A stretch of DNA of 64,000 nt. It comes from Candidatus Saccharimonadales bacterium (GTDB lineage: Bacteria; Patescibacteriota; Saccharimonadia; Saccharimonadales; JANWIN01). Where the stretch lies: contig JANWIN010000012.1 of NCBI GenBank assembly GCA_025449905.1, positions 109,318 through 173,317 of the forward strand, read 5' to 3'. Each line of letters starts with the position of its first letter. Positions within the stretch are counted from its first letter, which is position 1. The position numbers and the translations under genes are program-made. Under the pieces are notes generated by a model that saw only the letters and a program-made list of their open reading frames with translations, made no database searches and had not been told where the DNA came from. Positions 17,721 through 27,824 of the stretch are shown here, piece by piece.

Positions 17721-19136
17721 ATGAAGAATTTATGGAAAAAAGTAGCAAGCAAATACAAAAAACTATTGCTAGTATTTGGTTTAGTTGCTGCTGCAGTTGT
17801 CATACCATTTCACGCAGTTGCCGCTGATCAAGTGCTAATTGAGAGTTCATTAGGTGTTGCCAATGTAACCAAGGGTGATACTCTTTACAAGCATTCTGTT
17901 GACGCATCTTACGACCAAGTAGTAAAGTTCCAAGTTTTCTACCACAACCGTGAACAACCTGATTCAGGAAAAGTTGCTAAAAATGTTCGAGTAAAAGTTG
18001 ACCTACCTGAAAATGTAGGTGCAACCCAAGTAGTTAAATCTACTGTTAAGGGTGATAACACCAATACCGTTGAAAGTACTGCAACCGTAAATCTTGACCG
18101 TTCTGATGCTAAACTGGACTTCATGCCAGGAAGTGTTGTTTGGAAACACAACATTGGTACTAACTCAAATGTAAATTACGTCGAGCAAAAGCTTAGCGAT
18201 AACACGATCCTTCAAGGGTTACCGATAGAAAACGAAAAACCTTGTCACAACTTTGAGGCTACAGTCACTTTCCTAATGCGAGTACATGTTCCTTCAGTAA
18301 GCATTGTTAAGCAAGTACGTGAAAAGGGTACGACTACTCGCGTCACCAACCTAACGGTTAAACCGGGCGCAACTGTTGAATACCTAATAAGCTTTAAAAA
18401 CCTTGGTAACACTGATCTTACTCACCTAACTGTTAACGACAAACTGCCGGAGCACATAACTTTTGTTCCTGGCACTGTAAAACTTTACAATGGTCCAAAC
18501 CCAGGTGGTGCTGTCATAAATAACGATTTCCTATTCAGGGGCGGAGTAGATGGGGGTACCTTCAAGCCTGGAAGCAATGGCTTCGTTGGTTTCGATGCTA
18601 AGGTTGACGAAGAAAAAGATCTTGAGTGTGGCACAAACGTTCTTAAAAACATTGCCGTTGTTGACACAGATCAAACCGGCAACTACCACAACTCAGCTAC
18701 TGTAAACGTAGAGAAAAAATGTGCAAACGTACCTTCATTTAGCTGTGATCTTCTTAGTGCTGATAAAATTAGTAACCGAACTTTCAAATTCACAGTTAAT
18801 ACAAGTGCTGCGAACGGAGCAACTATAAGTAGATACTTCTACAACTTTGGTGACGGAACTGATGAACTTACAACTGACCAAGCAAGTGTGACTCACACAT
18901 ACTCACATAACGGTACCTTTGCAGTAAGCGCAAAAGTAGAGTTCAAAGTTAACGGGGAAACTAAAGTAGTTGATGGTGAAGCTTGTAAAACAGTCATCAA
19001 GACTAACAAGCCACCAGTAACTCCTCCTAAAGAACTGCCAAACACTGGTGCAGGTGATGTAGCTGGAATCTTCAGCGCGGTAACTATTGCCGGCGCAACT
19101 TTCCACCGCTTCTTCCTACGACGCAACCTAGTCTAA
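17721..19136 (+). CDS. Cell-surface protein: DUF11-like repeat, PKD domain, LPXTG-like sorting signal
   Basis: AAGGAG SD; signal peptide; VKPGATVEYLISFKN..DKLPEHITFVPG; YNFGDG..HTY; LPNTG + hydrophobic stretch + RR. Confidence 0.85.
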   Translation: MKNLWKKVASKYKKLLLVFGLVAAAVVIPFHAVAADQVLIESSLGVANVTKGDTLYKHSVDASYDQVVKFQVFYHNREQPDSGKVAKNVRVKVDLPENVGATQVVKSTVKGDNTNTVESTATVNLDRSDAKLDFMPGSVVWKHNIGTNSNVNYVEQKLSDNTILQGLPIENEKPCHNFEATVTFLMRVHVPSVSIVKQVREKGTTTRVTNLTVKPGATVEYLISFKNLGNTDLTHLTVNDKLPEHITFVPGTVKLYNGPNPGGAVINNDFLFRGGVDGGTFKPGSNGFVGFDAKVDEEKDLECGTNVLKNIAVVDTDQTGNYHNSATVNVEKKCANVPSFSCDLLSADKISNRTFKFTVNTSAANGATISRYFYNFGDGTDELTTDQASVTHTYSHNGTFAVSAKVEFKVNGETKVVDGEACKTVIKTNKPPVTPPKELPNTGAGDVAGIFSAVTIAGATFHRFFLRRNLV

Positions 19137-19235
19137 GAAACTTGTGGATAAGCACTGGCGTTAATAAGCAAAAGATGCTAAAGTCAGTATTGTTGAAAGA
19201 GCAAGACTGACCGCTCGAAAAACAAACCACCTCTC

Positions 19236-19271
19236 GAATATCCCCGCCCAAAGAGCGGGGATTCTCTTTTT
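19236..19271 (+). terminator. Intrinsic terminator
   Basis: ATCCCCGC/GCGGGGAT stem followed by TCTCTTTTT. Confidence 0.8.
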
Positions 19272-19313
19272 ACCCCTGTTCGTGCTACAATTTCGAAGTC
19301 TTATATCCTGTAC

Positions 19314-19426
19314 CAAAAACGCAAACCAAGCGAAGCTGTATGCGTTTTTGAGAGGAGGAAGCGACTAGAAGGTGAAGCAGGAGAAATTAGATTTCTTATG
19401 TGAAAGCTGACCGTCGATTCCGACGA
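19314..19426 (+). ncRNA. Partial or divergent relative of the structured element family in the tRNA-Glu leader
   Basis: CAAAAACGCA/TGCGTTTTTG hairpin, then GGAAGCGAC..AGAAG..AGAAAT/ATTTCT..CTGAC..GTCGATTCC resembling arm 1 of the family. Confidence 0.45.
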
Positions 19427-19501
19427 GGCCTCATCGTCTAACGGTTAGGACACCAGGTTTTCATCCTGGCAATAGGGGTTCGATTCCCCTTGAGGTCACC
19501 A
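19427..19501 (+). tRNA. tRNA-Glu (anticodon UUC)
   Basis: GGCCTCA/TGAGGTC acceptor stem, anticodon loop TTTTCAT, GGTTCGATTCC, encoded CCA. Confidence 0.97.
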
Positions 19502-19552
19502 TTTTTGATTTCTTACTTTCAACCTTGTTCTACGTAACCATAAGCAAGTAGA

Positions 19553-20995
19553 ATGTGGGGGATGGATGTTACCAGTCGTATTCCTAATGTTCCGCTATCT
19601 GGTTTTAAGCGTACTAAGATTATTGCTACGCTTGGCCCAGCAACTAATAGTTATGAAGCCGTCTTTGGTTTGATTGAAGCTGGCGCCAATGGCCTGCGGC
19701 TTAACTTTTCTCATGGCTCGCACGCAGAGCATGAACAGCAAATAAAATGGATACGCAAAGCCAGCAGGCTTTACGGCAAGCCGGTGGCTATAATTCAAGA
19801 CTTGCAAGGACCCAAAATTCGTCTTGGTGATTTCGAGGGTATTATAAACGTTCAAAAAGGTCACAGCCTAAGGCTTGGGCTTAATGCTGATTATGCTCAA
19901 AGCGGCATTATTCCGACTCAATATGACCTAAGTAAAAAGGTGAAACGCGGGGAAAAGCTATACCTTTACGACGGTACGATTCACACCACCATCACCAGCG
20001 TAGCCGACAAGATAGTTCACTTGAAAGCTGAAAATGACGGTATTTTAGTGATGCGAAAAGGCATTAATTTGCCGGATACCGATTTTGGTGGTGATGTAAT
20101 CACTGCCAAAGATCGTCAGGATATTATTTTTGGCTCGGCTCATGATATTGACTATATTGCCCAGAGTTTTGTCCAAAAAGCTGAAGATGTTAGCAAGCTT
20201 CGTTCAATAATTCAAAGTATCGGCAGCCAAGCCAGAATAATAGCCAAAGTTGAAACAGCCGCCGCTATTGAAAATCTGGAAGCCATTATTCAAGAAGCCG
20301 ATGCAGTGATGGTCGCTCGCGGTGATCTTGCCCAGGAAACACTGCCAGAGGCGGTGCCGATTGCTCAACGCCAAATTATTGGCTTGGGCTTGCATTATGC
20401 CAAGCCGACAATTGTCGCCACGCAGCTGCTAGCCAGTATGGTTGATAACCCTCAACCCACACGCGCCGAAGTTTCTGACATCGCCAGTGCGGTGGTTTTA
20501 GGCACCGACTGCGTAATGCTAAGCGACGAAACGGCTGTCGGCCGCCACCCAACTGAAGCGGTGAAAGTTATGAAGCGCATCATTATTTACATTGAAAAAA
20601 ATAATCCGGTGGAAGTTGACTTTCCCGATATTGATAAGCCCAGCCACAGCCAAAATGCCATACCCAAAGCTATTATTAATTTGGCACGAAATGTTAACGC
20701 TCTGGCAATTGTCGCCGAAACTAAATCCGGAGCGACAGCTCTAAATATTGCCTCGCGCCGGCCAACTATTCCAATTATTGCTGTGACTTCTGATGCCCGC
20801 GTGGCCCAGCAACTAGCCTTAGTTTACGGTACTAAAAGTTATGTCCGGCCGGTTGATAAATTTGCCGCCACCAAACTAACTAACTGGTTGCTTAAGAATA
20901 AAGTTTTAAAAACCGGCGATATGATTATTACAGCCTCAGGCCAATACCCGGGCGTAATTGGCACGACCGACACAATTAAAGTACGAATGCTGTAA
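19553..20995 (+). CDS. pyk: Pyruvate kinase
   Basis: RTKIIATLGPA, RLNFSHG, DLQGPKIR, MVARGDL, PTRAEVSD, MLSDETA; probable start ATG 19562. Confidence 0.97.
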   Translation: MWGMDVTSRIPNVPLSGFKRTKIIATLGPATNSYEAVFGLIEAGANGLRLNFSHGSHAEHEQQIKWIRKASRLYGKPVAIIQDLQGPKIRLGDFEGIINVQKGHSLRLGLNADYAQSGIIPTQYDLSKKVKRGEKLYLYDGTIHTTITSVADKIVHLKAENDGILVMRKGINLPDTDFGGDVITAKDRQDIIFGSAHDIDYIAQSFVQKAEDVSKLRSIIQSIGSQARIIAKVETAAAIENLEAIIQEADAVMVARGDLAQETLPEAVPIAQRQIIGLGLHYAKPTIVATQLLASMVDNPQPTRAEVSDIASAVVLGTDCVMLSDETAVGRHPTEAVKVMKRIIIYIEKNNPVEVDFPDIDKPSHSQNAIPKAIINLARNVNALAIVAETKSGATALNIASRRPTIPIIAVTSDARVAQQLALVYGTKSYVRPVDKFAATKLTNWLLKNKVLKTGDMIITASGQYPGVIGTTDTIKVRML

Positions 20996-21000
20996 AATAA

Positions 21001-22287
21001 ATGAACTTCAACAAGAAAACCATTCGCGATATTGAACTGAAGAATAAAAAAGTACTATTGCGCGCCGATTATAACGTGCCGATTAAAAATGGCATCATTA
21101 CTGATGATTACCGACTGCGCCGATCTTTGCCAACCATTCAGTATTTATTAAAAGAGGGTGCTGCAGTAGTAATACTATCGCATATGGGACGACCCAAGGG
21201 CCCAAACGATCACGACTTAAGTCTTAAACCGGTGGCTCATCGTTTAGGTGAGCTGTTAAAAAAACTAGTTGGTTTTGCTCATGACTGCGTTGGACAGGAG
21301 GCTGAACAAGCCATTAAAGCCCTTAAGCCGGGACAAATCTTAATGCTAGAGAATTTACGCTTCCATCCGGAGGAGGAAACCAATGACCGGGAGTTTGCGC
21401 ACGACCTTGCCAGCAATGTCCAAATCTTTGTCCAAGATGGTTTTGGCGTGGTTCATCGGGCGCATGCCTCAACTGATGCCATCACCAAATATTTACCGAG
21501 TGTTGGCGGCCTACTGCTGCAGAAGGAAGTCGAAACTATTGAGCAAGTTATGAAAAAGCCCGAGCGGCCATTAGTGGCCATAATTGGCGGCGCCAAGATT
21601 GCCGATAAAATAGAAGTTTTAAAGACCTTCGTGACCAAAGCTGATGTGGTGGCCGTTGGCGGTGCCATGGCCAACACCTTTTTACTAGCTAAGGGTGTGA
21701 AAATAGGCAAAAGCGTAGCCGATAAATCCGAAGTGCCACTAGCCAAAGACATTCTGCATTTGGTTAAAGCCGAGTCTGCCAAGCGGCCTTTTGTCTTTTA
21801 CTTGCCGCAAGATGGTGTGGTAGCCCACAGCCTGAACAAAACTACCCATACGCGAATTGTCGACTGGAGCGCCAATATTATTGCCGAAATCGAGAGTTAT
21901 CCGAAGCGACCGCCGCATGCTAGCAGTCAGGTTAAAGACGACGAGTTAATTTTAGATATTGGCCCATTTTCTGGTGCTTTTATTGCTGGGACAATTCAAC
22001 TGGCCAATACCGTTATTTGGAATGGCACGATGGGTGTGACTGAAACACCGGCACTTCATGGATCGATTGGTCCTTTCTCACAAGGGACAGAACTAATTGT
22101 TGAAGCAATGCTTGGCCAATTTGGGCATCGACCATTTAGCCTTGTTGGCGGCGGTGATACAGCCGGCTACGTTGAACAACGCAAACTAACCGAGGCTTTT
22201 GATCATGTTTCAACCGGCGGGGGCGCCAGCCTAGAGTTAATGATTGGCAAAAAGCTGCCCGGTTTAGAGGCTCTACAAGATAAGTAA
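21001..22287 (+). CDS. pgk: Phosphoglycerate kinase
   Basis: RADYNVP, SHMGRP, LENLRFH, HRAHAS, GGAK, GGGDT, HVSTGGGASLE. Confidence 0.97.
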   Translation: MNFNKKTIRDIELKNKKVLLRADYNVPIKNGIITDDYRLRRSLPTIQYLLKEGAAVVILSHMGRPKGPNDHDLSLKPVAHRLGELLKKLVGFAHDCVGQEAEQAIKALKPGQILMLENLRFHPEEETNDREFAHDLASNVQIFVQDGFGVVHRAHASTDAITKYLPSVGGLLLQKEVETIEQVMKKPERPLVAIIGGAKIADKIEVLKTFVTKADVVAVGGAMANTFLLAKGVKIGKSVADKSEVPLAKDILHLVKAESAKRPFVFYLPQDGVVAHSLNKTTHTRIVDWSANIIAEIESYPKRPPHASSQVKDDELILDIGPFSGAFIAGTIQLANTVIWNGTMGVTETPALHGSIGPFSQGTELIVEAMLGQFGHRPFSLVGGGDTAGYVEQRKLTEAFDHVSTGGGASLELMIGKKLPGLEALQDK

Positions 22288-22312
22288 TTATGATAAACTG
22301 AGCGTAAGCGTT

Positions 22313-23122
22313 ATGAGCGATAGAACTCTTATAGTGGGCAACTGGAAGATGAATCTTAATACTTCCGAGGCTAGCGTGCTACTGCATCGGCTGGAGGAGA
22401 GGATTAAGGCCCATCAAGATATAGAAGTGGTTTTAGCGCCTAGCACGTTAGTTATTCAACCGTTGTCGCTACAAATTGACCGCCACAAATTCCGGCTGGC
22501 GGCTCAAAACGCTTTTTTCAAAGACGAAGGGCCTTTTACTGGCGAAGTGTCATTTACTCAACTGCGCGACCTTGTCCACTACGTCATTATCGGTCACAGC
22601 GAGCGGCGCCTGCATTTTGAGGAAAGCCTAGGTATTGTGCGTGATAAAGTTGCCGCCAGTTTTAGGAACGATATTATTCCTATTTTATGTGTCGGCGAGA
22701 CTCAAAGTGAACGCCGAGCCGGTGAGACGAGGCAGGTACTACACGATCAAGTCACTAGCGCCCTTAGTAACTTAACGGCGAATGAAGTCGAGGATATGGT
22801 TATTGCCTACGAGCCAGTCTGGGCCATAAGTACTTTTGGCGGTATTTTAGCTAAGCCTGATGAAGTAAAAAAAGAGATGGATTTTATTAGGCATCAGGTA
22901 AGGGAGCTATATGGTGCCAAAGCTGCCAAAAGAGTAAGAGTGCTTTATGGCGGCAGCGTTGATGATCAAATCGTCGGCGGTTATTTAGAAATTGATGGCT
23001 GCGACGGTGTTTTAGTGGGCGCAGCCAGCCTTAATTATCATAAATTTGCTGGTATTGTCGACCGCGCCTATCATATCAACCGTCAACCAAAAGAAAAACC
23101 TAATGAACCCGACGAAAAATAA
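22313..23122 (+). CDS. tpiA: Triosephosphate isomerase
   Basis: GNWKMN, GHSERR, AYEPVWAI, YGGSV. Confidence 0.97.
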   Translation: MSDRTLIVGNWKMNLNTSEASVLLHRLEERIKAHQDIEVVLAPSTLVIQPLSLQIDRHKFRLAAQNAFFKDEGPFTGEVSFTQLRDLVHYVIIGHSERRLHFEESLGIVRDKVAASFRNDIIPILCVGETQSERRAGETRQVLHDQVTSALSNLTANEVEDMVIAYEPVWAISTFGGILAKPDEVKKEMDFIRHQVRELYGAKAAKRVRVLYGGSVDDQIVGGYLEIDGCDGVLVGAASLNYHKFAGIVDRAYHINRQPKEKPNEPDEK

Positions 23123-23636
23123 CCCTGAGCCCACTGAACCTCAAAAAGTAGTTGTTGAAAAGCGGGGCATGCTGCCGCAAAAATCGGTTAAGAGTGGTGA
23201 TAAAGAAAAACCGATTGCCGGCGGCGACCTACAAGATGGTGAAGAAAAACAGCCCTTGGCCGATCATAAGCTCAAGCTTACACCCAATAAAAATGCTCCG
23301 ACTGTAAAAGCTGCTCCGGCTGTGGCTAAAGTTAAGCCCGAACTTGAAACTGACGAAGCAACCTCTCCAGACTCAAGTAAAAAAGCCTCCACTAAAGCAG
23401 CACCGCCAAAACCCGATCCCGAAGAAGCGGCTAAAAAGGAAGCTATCCAAAAACTGATTGAAGATAAAAAATATGCTGTGCCGATTACCCACAATAAAAG
23501 CCATCGCTCAACTCGTCAGTTTGCGATAACTTTTGTATTAGTTTTAGTCGTCGGGCTACTTGCTATAGACTTATTAATAGACGCGGGAATAATAAAAAGC
23601 GGCATAAAACCACCAATTAATTTAATAAATAACTAA
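23103..23636 (+). CDS. Hypothetical protein, disordered N-terminus and C-terminal TM
   Basis: ORF track 23046..23636; ATG 23103 is the more plausible start; LIEDKKYAVPI then a hydrophobic helix. Confidence 0.7.
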   Translation: MNPTKNNPEPTEPQKVVVEKRGMLPQKSVKSGDKEKPIAGGDLQDGEEKQPLADHKLKLTPNKNAPTVKAAPAVAKVKPELETDEATSPDSSKKASTKAAPPKPDPEEAAKKEAIQKLIEDKKYAVPITHNKSHRSTRQFAITFVLVLVVGLLAIDLLIDAGIIKSGIKPPINLINN

Positions 23637-23644
23637 GGAATAAA

Positions 23645-24388
23645 ATGAAAAAACTAAACCAGCAAGGTATAGCCCATCTAACAATCATCGGACTAATTTT
23701 AATAATTAGCATTATAGGTTTTGTTGGCTGGCGAGTTTGGGATGTTAGAAAAGACGCAGATCAAAAATTTAATGATGGCAAAACTAGTCAAACTAGCCCC
23801 CAAAATCTTATTTATAATGAAAACGGTTCGTCAACTGTAAAAGGCGAACTTATAATTTACAAGAACAGCAACAGGGGGTTTAAGTTTAGTTATCCGAAAG
23901 TGTACGGAAATCTTAAAGTTGTAGACCAAGAAGATAGCAGCATCTTACTTTTCCCCAGTCTTTCAACTGGTAGTCCTAAAGTTCCAATATATGAAGGCAT
24001 TGAAGGTTCAATCGCTGTAAGCACGGGCGATAAAAACAAAGCAACTTACACTAGAAAATATGGTCCTTCCGTGAAGTTAACTAACGGCAAATGGATTATT
24101 ATGGAAACTAACGAGGGTGATCCAGTAAAAGAAAAAGTTGGCGATACATATAAAGACTATAAATCTCAGAAGAACGGAAATTTAACTATTTATACTTTTG
24201 AATCAGGTGACGAAGGCGCTATTTGGTACAACCTAACGTTTATTGCCAATGGCTATATGAGCAATATTGGTCTACCATATTTTGATACAGGCAATGGTTT
24301 AGGAGATGGTCCGCTGAAGTTGAATGATCCGAAACCGTATAACGAATTATATAAACAAGTAATAAATAGCATCGTAACTTACCCTTAA
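23645..24388 (+). CDS. Secreted protein with type IV prepilin-like N-terminus
   Basis: KKLNQQG|IAHL followed by a hydrophobic helix; YKN..GFKFSYP motif. Confidence 0.7.
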   Translation: MKKLNQQGIAHLTIIGLILIISIIGFVGWRVWDVRKDADQKFNDGKTSQTSPQNLIYNENGSSTVKGELIIYKNSNRGFKFSYPKVYGNLKVVDQEDSSILLFPSLSTGSPKVPIYEGIEGSIAVSTGDKNKATYTRKYGPSVKLTNGKWIIMETNEGDPVKEKVGDTYKDYKSQKNGNLTIYTFESGDEGAIWYNLTFIANGYMSNIGLPYFDTGNGLGDGPLKLNDPKPYNELYKQVINSIVTYP

Positions 24389-24424
24389 GAAGATCTACCC
24401 CATCTATTTTGCTAAAATGATTAG

Positions 24425-26563
24425 GTGTTAGACAAGGTTTTAGTTGACTTAAACCCAGAGCAAAAACGGGCGGTTGAAACTACCAACGGCCCATTATTAA
24501 TTTTGGCTGGCGCTGGCAGCGGCAAAACCAAAACACTAACCCACCGCATTGCTTTCATACTTATTAAAAAATTAGCTCGCCCGGAAGAGATTTTATCAGT
24601 AACCTTTACTAACAAAGCAGCCCAAGAAATGCGGGCTCGTATTGCCAAGTTATTGGGTCAAAATTCCAACAATCGGGCTTTTATGCCGTTCATGGGCACC
24701 TTCCACAGCATTTGTGTACGACTTTTACGCCAAGATGGTGAGCACATTGGCGTACCTCGCAACTTTGTTATTTTTGATGAGCAAGACAGACTAAGCGCCA
24801 TCAAACAAGCCAGCAAAGAGTTGCAAATTGATGAAAAGAGTTTTCCGCCCAGGGTTATTGCTTCAATTATTAGTAGCGCTAAAAATGAACTATTAACTGC
24901 AGTTGAAACGAACGAAATGGCCAGTGGCCCCGCTAATAAAATTGCTGCGCAGATTCATCCAGTTTATGAGCGCATTTTAAAACAGGCTCACGGCTTGGAC
25001 TTTGATGATTTGATTGGCCGCACCGTCAGCTTGCTGCAAACCACCCCAGCCATAAAGGACAAATGGCGCAGTCAATTTAAATTCGTAATGATTGACGAGT
25101 ATCAAGACACCAACGCCGCCCAGTATCAACTAATAAAACTCCTAACTGCTAAACACAAAAACTTAGCAGTAGTCGGTGATGATTGGCAAAGTATTTACTC
25201 TTGGCGTGGCGCTGATTTTAGAAACATTTTAAATTTTGAAAAAGATTATCCAAAGTGCGCTGTAATTAAGTTAGAGCAAAACTACCGCAGCACTAAACAT
25301 ATTTTAGAGGCCGCCCATGGCGTGATTACCAAAAACACCAAGCGCTCTAATAAAAATTTGTGGACTGAAAGTAAGGGCGGCCTGCCGGTTCAGCTTCTTA
25401 ATGTTATGAGCGAGCGCAGCGAAGGCGAAGCGATTGTTCGGCGGATCCAATCCGGCTTGGACAGCGGCCGGCATTACCGCGAATTTGCAGTCTTGTATCG
25501 TACCAATGCCCAAAGCCGCAGCTTAGAGGAGACTCTGCTAAAACGCGGCATCCCATACCGCATTGTAGGTGGTGTCCGTTTTTATGACCGCGCTGAAATC
25601 AAAGATATACTGGCCTACCTGCGTTTGCTGTATCAACCAGAAGACACCATAAGTTTTGAACGAATTGTTAATGTACCAACGCGCGGCATCGGCAATACTT
25701 CACTAAACAAATTTCAGCAGTGGCGTTCTTCAAATAAATTAGGACTTGAAGCTGGTCTGGCCCAAGTGCCAAGTTGTGATAGCCTAACAACAAAAGCCAA
25801 AAACGGCTTGTTTGAACTTGGCGAGCTGCTTAGTTCGATGCGCAAGGTTGCCAAAGACGCCAGCGTGCCTGGTCTGCTGGATTCGCTAATACGTCGATTG
25901 GATTATTACAAGTATCTAGACGATGGCACGCCAAAAGGTGAATCTCGCCAAGAAAATGTTAAGGAACTTATAAGCGTGGCCAAAGAGTATAACGAACTTG
26001 GGCTGAACGGCTTCTTAGAAGAAGTGGCGCTAATTAGCGATATAGAAAATAACCGCAATGATCTAAACGATTTAGTAACACTTATGACTTTGCACGCCGC
26101 TAAGGGCTTGGAATTTCCAGTAATTTTTATGGTGGGCATGGAAGAAACAATCTTTCCGCACTCACGGGCACTCTATGACCAGGGCGAGATGGAAGAGGAG
26201 CGGCGTCTATGCTACGTGGGCATGACTAGGGCAAAGCAGGAACTTTACCTGATTGCCGCCAGCAGCCGGATGCTTTACGGCGGATTGCAGCACAATCCAC
26301 CGTCGCGCTTTTTATCAGATATCGAAAACCTCAAGGTCGAATCTGAAGATTTTTATGCTGCGCCTCAAGCTGGCCTTGACTTAGATATAGACCAGTCCGA
26401 AGTTCACTACCTTCCCGAACTAAACGCTGGCGATCGAGTTAAACATAAATTGTTTGGCGAGGGGATAGTCAGTGAAATCAGTGGCGATGAGGCGGTTATA
26501 AATTTTAAGAAGAAGGGCTTCAAAAAATTAAATGTAGCCTTCGCGCCCTTAGAGCGAATCTGA
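24425..26563 (+). CDS. pcrA: UvrD/PcrA DNA helicase
   Basis: AGAGSGKT, DEYQDTN, VGDDWQSIY, LEQNYRST, TLHAAKGLEF, EERRLCYVGMTRA, C-terminal Tudor-like domain. Confidence 0.97.
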   Translation: MLDKVLVDLNPEQKRAVETTNGPLLILAGAGSGKTKTLTHRIAFILIKKLARPEEILSVTFTNKAAQEMRARIAKLLGQNSNNRAFMPFMGTFHSICVRLLRQDGEHIGVPRNFVIFDEQDRLSAIKQASKELQIDEKSFPPRVIASIISSAKNELLTAVETNEMASGPANKIAAQIHPVYERILKQAHGLDFDDLIGRTVSLLQTTPAIKDKWRSQFKFVMIDEYQDTNAAQYQLIKLLTAKHKNLAVVGDDWQSIYSWRGADFRNILNFEKDYPKCAVIKLEQNYRSTKHILEAAHGVITKNTKRSNKNLWTESKGGLPVQLLNVMSERSEGEAIVRRIQSGLDSGRHYREFAVLYRTNAQSRSLEETLLKRGIPYRIVGGVRFYDRAEIKDILAYLRLLYQPEDTISFERIVNVPTRGIGNTSLNKFQQWRSSNKLGLEAGLAQVPSCDSLTTKAKNGLFELGELLSSMRKVAKDASVPGLLDSLIRRLDYYKYLDDGTPKGESRQENVKELISVAKEYNELGLNGFLEEVALISDIENNRNDLNDLVTLMTLHAAKGLEFPVIFMVGMEETIFPHSRALYDQGEMEEERRLCYVGMTRAKQELYLIAASSRMLYGGLQHNPPSRFLSDIENLKVESEDFYAAPQAGLDLDIDQSEVHYLPELNAGDRVKHKLFGEGIVSEISGDEAVINFKKKGFKKLNVAFAPLERI

Positions 26564-26581
26564 TAAACTGGGGTGGACTAG

Positions 26582-27823
26582 ATGAAATTCAAAAAACAAG
26601 CCCGACAGTATAAAAAAGAAGCTAAAGATTACGCTCGGATGCAAAAACGCCGAGCTCGCAATATTCAGGGCCACCCGTTTGTTGTCCCGGTACTAACTTT
26701 TTTGTTTTTGTTTTTCGTATCAATGATAGCTTTTATTGGCCTTAACGCTCAAACCATCGGTGCTGGTGATGCCCATGTTGTTCAGTTTTCCATCGACGGC
26801 GAAAAACAAGTTCTACCGACCCGGGCCAGCACGGTTGGCAAATTGCTAAATCGTCTTGAAATAAAAGTTGGCAAGCATGATGTTATCGAGCCGCCGCTGG
26901 ACACGCCGATTTTAGAAGATAATTTCAAAATCAATCTTTACCGCGCCAAGCCGGTGATTGTAGTCGAGGGCAAAAAAGAAGTTTCAATGCTAACAGCCAT
27001 AACTAGTCCCAAAAATGTTGTGACTAAAGCCGGTTTTAAATTATTTCCTGAAGATAGAGTGGTCTTAGCCAGTGCTGATGACGTTTTAAACGAAGGCGTT
27101 ATTGGGCACAAAATTATTATTGAGCATGCCACGCCTGTAAAACTAAATCTTTTTGGGCGCATGCTTAGTCTTAGAACCCATTCTAAAACTGCTCGAGAAC
27201 TTTTAAAAGAACGCGGCGTAGACGTCTCGGGAGTTAATGTCTTTCCTTCTATCAGTGCAAATCTAAAAAAAAATTCGGTGGTGTTTGTGACCAAACCGGG
27301 AATTGTTGTTAAATTCCAAGAAGTTAGTCTGCCGTTTGGCCAAAGTTTTGTTGATGATTATAGTCTGCCCTACGGCGTCACCAAAGTACGCAGCGCCGGT
27401 GAAAATGGTAAAAAGGTAATTGTATTTTCGGCACCAAAAAAGCATCCTGAACAAAAACACAAGCTTCAAGAAGTTTTGGTTAGTAGGCCGGTAAACGCGG
27501 TTATCGCCCGCGGGCGCCGCATCAATACTTCAAGTGTTTCTGGCGATCGGGCCGCTTTAATGGCCGCCGCCGGCATTTCATCTGGCGATTATTACGCCGT
27601 TGACTTTATTATTAGTCACGAATCCGGCTGGCGTCCTGGCGCTCTTAGCGGTAGTGGCTGCGCAGGGCTGGGCCAGGCTTGCCCGGGCTCAAAAGTTATA
27701 AGTGCTTGCCCTAACTGGTCTAACAATGCTGTTTGCCAGCTGCGCTTCTTTAGCGGTTATGCCCAGAGGTATGGGGGATGGCAGCAGGCGTATTTTGTGT
27801 GGCAAAATCAGGGCTGGTGGTGA
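26582..27823 (+). CDS. DUF348/G5 cell-wall protein with C-terminal lysozyme-like domain (RpfB/YabE-like)
   Basis: TM anchor, ubiquitin-like repeats, G5 region, IISHESGW..GLGQACP..YGGW; upstream of rsmA as in the yabE/rpfB context. Confidence 0.85.
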   Translation: MKFKKQARQYKKEAKDYARMQKRRARNIQGHPFVVPVLTFLFLFFVSMIAFIGLNAQTIGAGDAHVVQFSIDGEKQVLPTRASTVGKLLNRLEIKVGKHDVIEPPLDTPILEDNFKINLYRAKPVIVVEGKKEVSMLTAITSPKNVVTKAGFKLFPEDRVVLASADDVLNEGVIGHKIIIEHATPVKLNLFGRMLSLRTHSKTARELLKERGVDVSGVNVFPSISANLKKNSVVFVTKPGIVVKFQEVSLPFGQSFVDDYSLPYGVTKVRSAGENGKKVIVFSAPKKHPEQKHKLQEVLVSRPVNAVIARGRRINTSSVSGDRAALMAAAGISSGDYYAVDFIISHESGWRPGALSGSGCAGLGQACPGSKVISACPNWSNNAVCQLRFFSGYAQRYGGWQQAYFVWQNQGWW

Positions 27824-27824
27824 T

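Noticed and set aside
19143..19151. Replication origin
   Set aside because: DnaA boxes are single and far apart; no dnaA/dnaN or box cluster with an unwinding element.
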